A stretch of 43,284 bases of DNA from Squatina squatina (lineage: Eukaryota): contig JARFOE010000176.1 of assembly GCA_031763465.1 (NCBI GenBank), positions 7,898,427-7,941,710 of the forward strand, read 5' to 3'. This document shows, piece after piece, positions 35,101 to 43,284 of this stretch (the first letter of the stretch is position 1; each line of letters starts with the position of its first letter). Below the pieces are notes generated by a model. That model saw only the letters and a list, made by a program, of their open reading frames with translations. It did not search any database and was not told the DNA's origin. The position numbers were made by a program, and so were the translations under genes.

Positions 35101-38100
35101 ACGAGTTATTCGTCTCACTCAGCACAGATTTATGAATGCATTATGAAAATAATCGAGCTATGATAGCCGCTGAAGTATGCGTACCCCTTGTATATGTAAA
35201 GTGCAGACACATCATGCAAACACAGAAGTGTACATGCAATACTGACTGCCAAACTTCATATTGTGAAATGGGATAGTCTTTAAAAGGCGATAAATTGGAA
35301 AAGCAGTTTCATATTTGGTTAACACGTGTTTATTATGGTCTGGGTTTAAATTGAACCATAGTTCCACTGTGACTGAGTCACTTTTTCCTTCAAACAATTC
35401 ACTTTTGAACAAGCTATTCTGGAGCAAATCCAAGAACCCTTTCTTAAAACCTATAGACGTTTGAGTTTTTCCGGGTTTTTAAATTTTCACAAAGGAAAAG
35501 ATTGACCCAACATATGTAGCAGCATGTTGCTGACCCTGGCTCCCTAGTGCGGCATTCTCACGGCTCGCTGGCTGCTGCTGCCCCACCTGAAGGCTGGCCA
35601 GTCCCGGATTGCCATTGAGCCGCTCCCCGGAGCGGGAGCTGAAACAATTAGGTTACTACAAGGTTAGAGTAGCACATATAACATCAGATAAGCTTTGGGA
35701 AACCCAGCACTTATGCACGCTTCGTCTCCTAACTAAGTGTTCATTAGGTTGTTAACCTCTTTGAGAAGCAGAGGGCATGTGATAATGTCCTCTTCACAAA
35801 TACAATCCTCCCCTTAAGGCAGTTCACAAAACCTAAAAATAACTGCAGAATACAGAATTGGACTATATAGTTTCCAACTTTAATTATTTGCATAACTACA
35901 AGGGAGATGTTTAATTTAAATTTTAACTACATATTTTCATTTCTGTGCTGTGATGTTAACCAGCATGTTGCAATTAAAAGGCATGTTAAATATTATTTGT
36001 TTCTCCTTTATATTAATACGGCTACAAGATATCCGTTTCGTTTTTGTATTTATACTTTGATGAATCCGATCATGGCTGCTTAAAATACACCTAGAATATC
36101 TTGTACGGCATTTTAGTTTAAATTTGTAACAACTCTGATGCATTGGTGCTGCCTCGGTGAAGGNNNNNNNNNNNNNNNNNNNNNNNNNNNNNNNNNNNNN
36201 NNNNNNNNNNNNNNNNNNNNNNNNNNNNNNNNNNNNNNNNNNNNNNNNNNNNNNNNNNNNNNNNNNNNNNNNNNNNNNNNNNNNNNNNNNNNNNNNNNNN
36301 NNNNNNNNNNNNNNNNNNNNNNNNNNNNNNNNNNNNNNNNNNNNNNNNNNNNNNNNNNNNNNNNNNNNNNNNNNNNNNNNNNNNNNNNNNNNNNNNNNNN
36401 NNNNNNNNNNNNNNNNNNNNNNNNNNNNNNNNNNNNNNNNNNNNNAAAATTCTGACAGAAGGTTGTCGATGTACAATTCATTTGTGTTTAATCGCCTTCA
36501 AGAACCGCTGCTGTCATCATGTCGGAGCGCTTCAAATTTAGAAAGTGAATGGCTTTTTAAGCAAACAGCCTCACCTTTAAAGAAATCCGCCAGTTCCGTT
36601 TAATAATGCTCTTATTTCTAATTGACGGATTTCCAGGGAAGAGCCCGAAATGAGTAAGTCTGACCAGATTCCCACAGCTTTTGTGTGGATTTTCAGGTCT
36701 TTTTGGACCTGTGTTAGATAAGTATTGGCCTCACTCAGCCAGAGATAATTGGCAACCATTTTATTCTCATTATTTCACTTCTTTGACAGGTATTTTCTAT
36801 CCACATCACATGGAAAGTGCACAAGGTCATCAAGATAGAAAACTGCCCCAGTACTAAAATTAGAAATTTCCACATTTATAGAAAAACTCAGTATAAGTGG
36901 ATTTATACCACTTCCTGCTCTCAGTCCTATCAAGGTAAAGAGACAAAATAACTGTACATGTCACAGCTTAGAAAGTAGACAGCAAACTGTAAAGGAACAG
37001 CCAAGCATGTTGAAAGATGAACTAGTTGGGAGAGGGAGGGGGAGGGAGAGTGGTAAATGCTAACACTATGGCAGCTACTTTGAATCCACAAAAATCACAA
37101 CTTCATACAACAACNNNNNNNNNNNNNNNNNNNNNNNNNNNNNNNNNNNNNNNNNNNNNNNNNNNNNNNNNNNNNNNNNNNNNNNNNNNNNNNNNNNNNN
37201 NNNNNNNNNNNNNNNNNNNNNNNNNNNNNNNNNNNNNNNNNNNNNNNNNNNNNNNNNNNNNNNNNNNNNNNNNNNNNNNNNNNNNNNNNNNNNNNNNNNN
37301 NNNNNNNNNNNNNNNNNNNNNNNNNNNNNNNNNNNNNNNNNNNNNNNNNNNNNNNNNNNNNNNNNNNNNNNNNNNNNNNNNNNNNNNNNNNNNNNNNNNN
37401 NNNNNNNNNNNNNNNNNNNNNNNNNNNNNNNNNNNNNNNNNNNNNNNNNNNNNNNNNNNNNNNNNNNNNNNNNNNNNNNNNNNNNNNNNNNNNNNNNNNN
37501 NNNNNNNNNNNNNNNNNNNNNNNNNNNNNNNNNNNNNNNNNNNNNNNNNNNNNNNNNNNNNNNNNNNNNNNNNNNNNNNNNNNNNNNNNNNNNNNNNNNN
37601 NNNNNNNNNNNNNNNNNNNNNNNNNNNNNNNNNNNNNNNNNNNNNNNNNNNNNNNNNNNNNNNNNNNNNNNNNNNNNNNNNNNNNNNNNNNNNNNNNNNN
37701 NNNNNNNNNNNNNNNNNNNNNNNNNNNNNNNNNNNNNNNNNNNNNNNNNNNNNNNNNNNNNNNNNNNNNNNNNNNNNNNNNNNNNNNNNNNNNNNNNNNN
37801 NNNNNNNNNNNNNNNNNNNNNNNNNNNNNNNNNNNNNNNNNNNNNNNNNNNNNNGACACCAAGGTAGCTATTAAGTCAAACAATATGCGACTCTCAAAAA
37901 TAGGCATACAACTGAGGGGAAAAACAAATGCACATCATATATCTCTAGATTTTTTTTTTAAAGTCCAAAAACGCTTAACTTAAGCCAAGATCTGTGTAGA
38001 AAATGACACGCTTTGATTTGTACCGAATGCTTTTTAGCACGTTTAGTGCGGACTTGTATACGGGACTATAAAACTTTATGTAGTTTAACGCATTTGATAT

Positions 38101-39730
38101 TTCAAAATTGAAATTCATGAAAGGACCGTATTGTATAAAACTATTTAAATGTATATATCTTTGTAATCTCATATAGAATAGAAATATTATGATAAATACT
38201 AATTTCCTCCATAATTGCTCCGAGTATTTTCTTTGTTGTGGGTACATTTAATTACATGAATATTAGTGTATGACTGAGAATATAAACGTTTCTTTCCATT
38301 AAGACGTTGGTTTCCGATGGGAGATCAGTAACTGTTAATTTGAAATGAAAAAATAGGACTCGGATACCCTAGCGTGTTGACTTGTCCAGTATTTAATTAA
38401 AATGCCAACAATTTCCTGGTAATTAATTAGATGAGGTACAAACAAAGGTAAACACAAAGTACAATTTTACAGTTAAATATTAACATTTGAAAATAGATAG
38501 CTGCAAATAGAAATATAAACTTCCCTCACTGTTGGAAAAGGCAGCTGCAAGTAAAATGATTGTGGCAAAGGCTGGGAAGTTTAAACGTTTCTATCCTGTT
38601 CCATTGCGTCAGTATGAATTGAAACTTTGGCTGATGTTTAATAAATAAGCGAGCTAACATTTTAATTGCGTGTGACGTTGTCAAGCTTGGTTTACAAAAA
38701 AAAAAATCTCTTCCTGAAGAAAAACATGCAAACAAAAATTACATTGATGCCATTGTTTTAACTGCAGCCTTTTCATTAAATCGTATCACTCTCTCACATT
38801 TTAAATGACACAGTTTCAGTTATAAACTCGATAAATGGCCTACGGTTTTCAATCGGCATTGATATGATCAATTCTAATTTACAAGATACTTTGTTTATAA
38901 ACCGTTGTTCGAGTTCTTTAATAAGCTGAACTATACAGTTGGCTCTTAATTAACCTCACGAAGTCTGAAAGGTTTCCTGTGTTGAAAATTAATGGCAAAA
39001 CGACCATATTTAACCACAGAGCACAGAGCAGCGGAACCTTTTGCTACGTGGCAGCCGGGCACTGCTGGGCTGCTGTTTTAAAAGATAAATTTCAATTTCA
39101 TAAAACTGACAATTCATTCAAGTAAAAACATACGTTTACATGAGAAGTTTTGAAAGATTATATTCCTTGTTACTATACGAAATGGGAATTAGCTGCATTC
39201 ATTGTGCCAACTTGCATAGATCCTGCTTCTAAAGGCAAGTTATTAATACCGTATCCATTTTAACACGTTAATTTATTAAATATACAGCATAATTGATAGT
39301 GTTTCACATATTTCATTGCTCCTTTATAAGTTATGGACACCAACAATAGCTTTANNNNNNNNNNNNNNNNNNNNNNNNNNNNNNNNNNNNNNNNNNNNNN
39401 NNNNNNNNNNNNNNNNNNNNNNNNNNNNNNNNNNNNNNNNNNNNNNNNNNNNNNTTCAAGAAGTGTTTTGATTTTCTATTAATAGTTTTTCATTGCTCAT
39501 CACAGTACAAGATGCTATTGATACAGAGTGGGACACTTTTCAACACCACGCACTCCCAGGTCAGGTACAGAAGTGCGCTAAAGCTTCTTCCACGCTGCTC
39601 TACGAGTGTTCTTTTGCCCGAGTCTCAGAAGAATTCACTTAACCACACCAGTGTGACATTTCCCTTTCTCTCATCAGCCCCCCTGAATAATGTAGCCAGT
39701 TAATGCCATATTGTAGGCCTGTTAGACAGA

Positions 39731-40474
39731 AAAGAAAGAATTGTGATTATATAGCACCTTTCAGAACCTCAGGACATCCCAACACCCTTTACAACCAATG
39801 AAGCACTTTTTTTGCAGTGCAGTCACAGTTGTAATGTAGGAAACGCAGCAGCCAGTTTGCACCCAGCACAATGTGATAATGACCAGATAATCATTCCGTC
39901 TTTCGGATGAGATGTTAAAATGAGGCCCCGTCTGCTCTCTCAGGTGGATCTTAAAGATCCCATGGCACTATTTCGAAGAAGAGCAGGGGAGCTCTCCCCG
40001 GCGACCTGGCCAATATTTATCCCTCAATCAACGTAACGAAAACAGATTATCTGGTCATTATCACATTGCTGTTTTGGGGATCTTGCTGTGTGCAAATTGG
40101 CTGCCATGTTCCTTACATTACAACAGTGACACTTCAAAAGTACTTAATAGGCTGTAAAGCGCTTTGGGACGTCCAGTGGTCATGAAAGGCGCTATATAAA
40201 TGCAATCTTTCTTTAATCTGTTTTTAGGTGTTGGTTGAGAGATAAATATTGGCCAGGACACCGGGATGTAGAGGGGGCTCCCCTGCTCTTTGAAATAGTG
40301 CCGTGGGATCTTTTAAGTCCGCCTTCTCGGGTCCTCAGTTTAAACGTCTCATTGGAAAGGCGGCAGTGCAGTACTCCCCAGTGCTGCACCAGAGTATCAG
40401 CCTAGGTTATGTGCTTAAGTTGCTGAAGTGAGACTTGAAACTTCAACCTTCTGACTCAGGCGAGAATGCTACCA
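39731..40474 (-). mobile_element. tRNA-headed Deu-domain SINE (SacSINE1/AmnSINE-like), interrupted by a second copy
   Basis: Head on the - strand tggtagcattctcgcctgagtcagaagg...tttcaagtc at 40474-40430. Body 40219-40370 and tail 39731-39892 are reverse complements of the inner copy. Confidence 0.8.
39893..40213 (+). mobile_element. 5'-truncated Deu-domain SINE nested in the opposite orientation
   Basis: ccgtctttcggatgagatgttaaa...gatcccatggcactatttcgaagaagagcagggg...ctggccaatatttatccctcaa...aaaggcgctatataaatgcaatctttctt, flanked by TAATC at 39888-39892 and 40214-40218. Confidence 0.85.
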
Positions 40475-40548
40475 TAGAAACATAGAATAGTACAACACAG
40501 AAGGAGGCCATTCGCCCCAATGAGTCTACGTCAGCTCTTTCGAAGAGT
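40475..40548 (-). mobile_element. CR1 LINE extreme 3' tail
   Basis: tagaaacatagaa...cacagaaggaggccattcg is the reverse complement of the CR1 tail seen at 2240-2290. Confidence 0.7.
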
Positions 40549-41697
40549 AGCAAACTAAAGGATAATTAATTCCTCATCTAACTTATGATCCCTGACGTGG
40601 GAGTGCGTGGTTGGGTAAGCACCAAGCACATCCTTCACCTGGACGAGTGTGACAATTCACCAGAAATGAACTTTATATGAACAAAGCAAAAAATAATTTA
40701 ATTTTAAAGTAGATAGCTGCACGGTCCTTTCTGGCCTCAGTAACTAGTTTGACTGTTACGCCACCATATTTGTTGTCTGTTCCGTGCGAGAAGGCCGTAA
40801 GCATTTGTATTGTAAAGTTATTGGATTTCGAATGGTAAGTTAATAAGACACATTTATGGTTGCCTCGTCGAACAACTCCATTGGCCACCACTGGAGTGTG
40901 ATATTACTCTCAACAAACCCAAGTTTAACACAGACTTGAGACAGTGCAGCGACTCATTTGTACAGCGATAAACCCATTAAATTACATTTTATGGAAGTTT
41001 AAGTTACCATTGTCTGTTGTATAACACGCACTTGTTAAATTATATTGCAATTTCTGTATGTAGCTGCACTGTTGTCAATAATTGCCCCTTTTCCAGCGAA
41101 TTCACTAATTAAAGTTAACCATCAACAATGGTTATATCAGGTGAATGTTCACCATGCGATTGATCAGCACGGCTGTCGATGAGAGCTGGATATGCCTTTT
41201 TAAGAAGTTCGATTAAGCCTCCACTTCCTCCAAGATGCAACTTTTGCAAGTAGTCTAAAGTTGTTGAACGTATAATTATTGGTTTTAAAAACACATGCGT
41301 GCGAATGAAAGAAATGCCATAATTGTTTTTTTTTTAACCAAAAAGGCCTCGCACCAGGCCACAAATCGCCTGGAGCTGCTCGTTAAAACCACACGATGAC
41401 TATTTTTGTTAAATCTGTTGCTCGCGTTTATTCACTTGGAAATATTAATTCATGAGCGCCGTTCACAAAGCCATTCCAAATTCCAGGCTGTGATCTTTAA
41501 GGNNNNNNNNNNNNNNNNNNNNNNNNNNNNNNNNNNNNNNNNNNNNNNNNNNNNNNNNNNNNNNNNNNNNNNNNNNNNNNNNNNNNNNNNNNNNNNNNNN
41601 NNCAAATTATTCACACTGTCTGGATCTTTCTTGGCCAACGTTCCTTACCATCAAATACCACCCCTAAAAAAAATAAAATGGCCTTTATCGCATTTTT

Positions 41698-41820
41698 TGT
41701 TTATGGGATCTTGCCGGTTGTAAATTGGTAGCCGAGTTTGTCATAACAGTGGCTGTACTTCAGAAGTAATTCATTGGATATGAAACACTTTACGACGTCT
41801 TAAGGACTTGATAAAATAAT
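41698..41820 (+). mobile_element. Old Deu-type SINE fragment
   Basis: tgggatcttgc...aaattgg...aacagtggc...cttcagaagtaattcattgg aligns loosely with 40075-40170. Confidence 0.55.
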
Positions 41821-43284
41821 AAAATCACATTTCCCTTAATGGAAAAATGTTTTACCAAATCCACTTGTGGAAAACAGAAGGGATATGCCATTGTAATTTA
41901 TTGCTGTTTAATTTTACCGCAAAAGATTAATGCCTTCCTTTCTAAAAACATATAGAAAACAACTTCCTTGATCATACCTGCAATTCTCTACTTTTCTTAT
42001 TAGTTAACAAAATAAAATATACAATAGACACATTAATCTTTAAAAAGAAAAAGAAATTAAACTTAACACCGAAGAAATAAATAGTTAAACAAAAAAAGCA
42101 TTTGCTGCCGATAGTTTGAAATTTATGACCTACATGCGAGTGCTCCACAATTTGTACAGTCTATTTGCGCACCGGTATCCCTTTGCAATGGTTACTTTGA
42201 AACAGTACATGAATGGCAATTCTGACCACACTATAAATTTAGCTAAATGCTAAATGAACCAAAGCAACACAAGGTGCGGTACAAAATCAATTTAGTACCA
42301 GAGCAAAACCTGAAGGCATAGGGTTAACTGATCTTGGGTGGCTTACATGAAGTGTTTTCCCTTTGCTTGTACCTNNNNNNNNNNNNNNNNNNNNNNNNNN
42401 NNNNNNNNNNNNNNNNNNNNNNNNNNNNNNNNNNNNNNNNNNNNNNNNNNNNNNNNNNNNNNNNNNNNNNNNNNCTTAAATTTAAAAATAATGGAAATAG
42501 TTTGGGAGAATTTCTTTAGGTTGAACATTTCAAATATTGAATACTGCATTTGGTATTTTATAAAAGGACCAAACATTGTACCAGTCTGTATAAATGTATC
42601 GCAAAATACTGCATTTAATTTTTTATGGGAAGACAGATTACTTTCCAATAATCATCACTCTTCAAATAAGGTGTAGTTGACACAATGCAGGTCCTAAGTT
42701 ATTAATGTACACAGGTGAAATTTCCTATATCTTCCTGCGCCAGTGGAACTAGGACCAAGATTGTCTAGATACAAATATACATTTCCCTACCAAAATCATC
42801 TTAATTGTGAACCTCCACATTCTGCAAGCCAAGAGATCCTTAGGCCAGCTACATTGTTCTTCCCTGCTGCATTGTCAAAAATCAGCTCTCCTCTTACTTC
42901 AGCAGATATAAATTATTTTGTTTCCCGATAAAAACCCTAGAGCTTTTGTAGCCCTTTGCTTGATAACTGATTATTTCACTGAGTTATCTGTCCATTAATC
43001 TCCTGCCAAAAAATGGCCTGTAATCTGCGGTCAGCAGAGAACCTCGAAGTAAGAATCGCACAAAGGTCTGTGTCGAGAAGTTTGGCTTTTCCGATGTGTA
43101 ATTGAAATGAATACAAGTTAATGGGGATTCCCAGCGAAGAGCTGCTGTGACGTCAACAAGCTGTCTATGCAGTCAATCAAAATGCAGAATTCGCTCAGCC
43201 AGCGAATCAACAAGTGAATAAATTGTTTTGATTCTAACTCAAAAAAAATGTTAGAGAGCAAAACAAAGATTGGGACTCTCACAT

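Noticed and set aside
40425-40474. tRNA gene on the - strand
   Set aside because: The degenerate A/B boxes belong to the SINE head, with no cloverleaf.

Overview
This is vertebrate genomic DNA. The CR1, L2 and Deu-type SINE repeats point to a cartilaginous fish, and the scaffold is gappy, with many 100-N spacers. Two neurodevelopmental genes lie tail-to-tail. (1) The 3' five coding exons of elavl4 (HuD) on the + strand: join 8800-8903, 10253-10406, 12651-12876, 15942-15980, 17058-17385. All introns are GT-AG, the 39-nt hinge microexon is present, and a long AU-rich 3'UTR carries tandem poly(A) signals. The 5' exons lie upstream of the window. (2) A complete two-coding-exon dmrta2 (Dmrt5) on the - strand: 29416-28993 plus 27571-26700, 431 aa, with DM and DMA domains. 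The rest is intronic or intergenic sequence: decayed CR1 and L2 LINEs, SINEs (one nested in antiparallel inside a relative), MITE-like hairpins, a Harbinger transposase remnant and several candidate enhancers. I found no convincing novel protein-coding system. The best leads are regulatory: cryptic or poison acceptors behind the HuD microexon, absence of the mammalian long-hinge acceptor, a miR-375 8mer, a broad CpG-retaining domain over dmrta2, and the nested SINE inverted-repeat structure.
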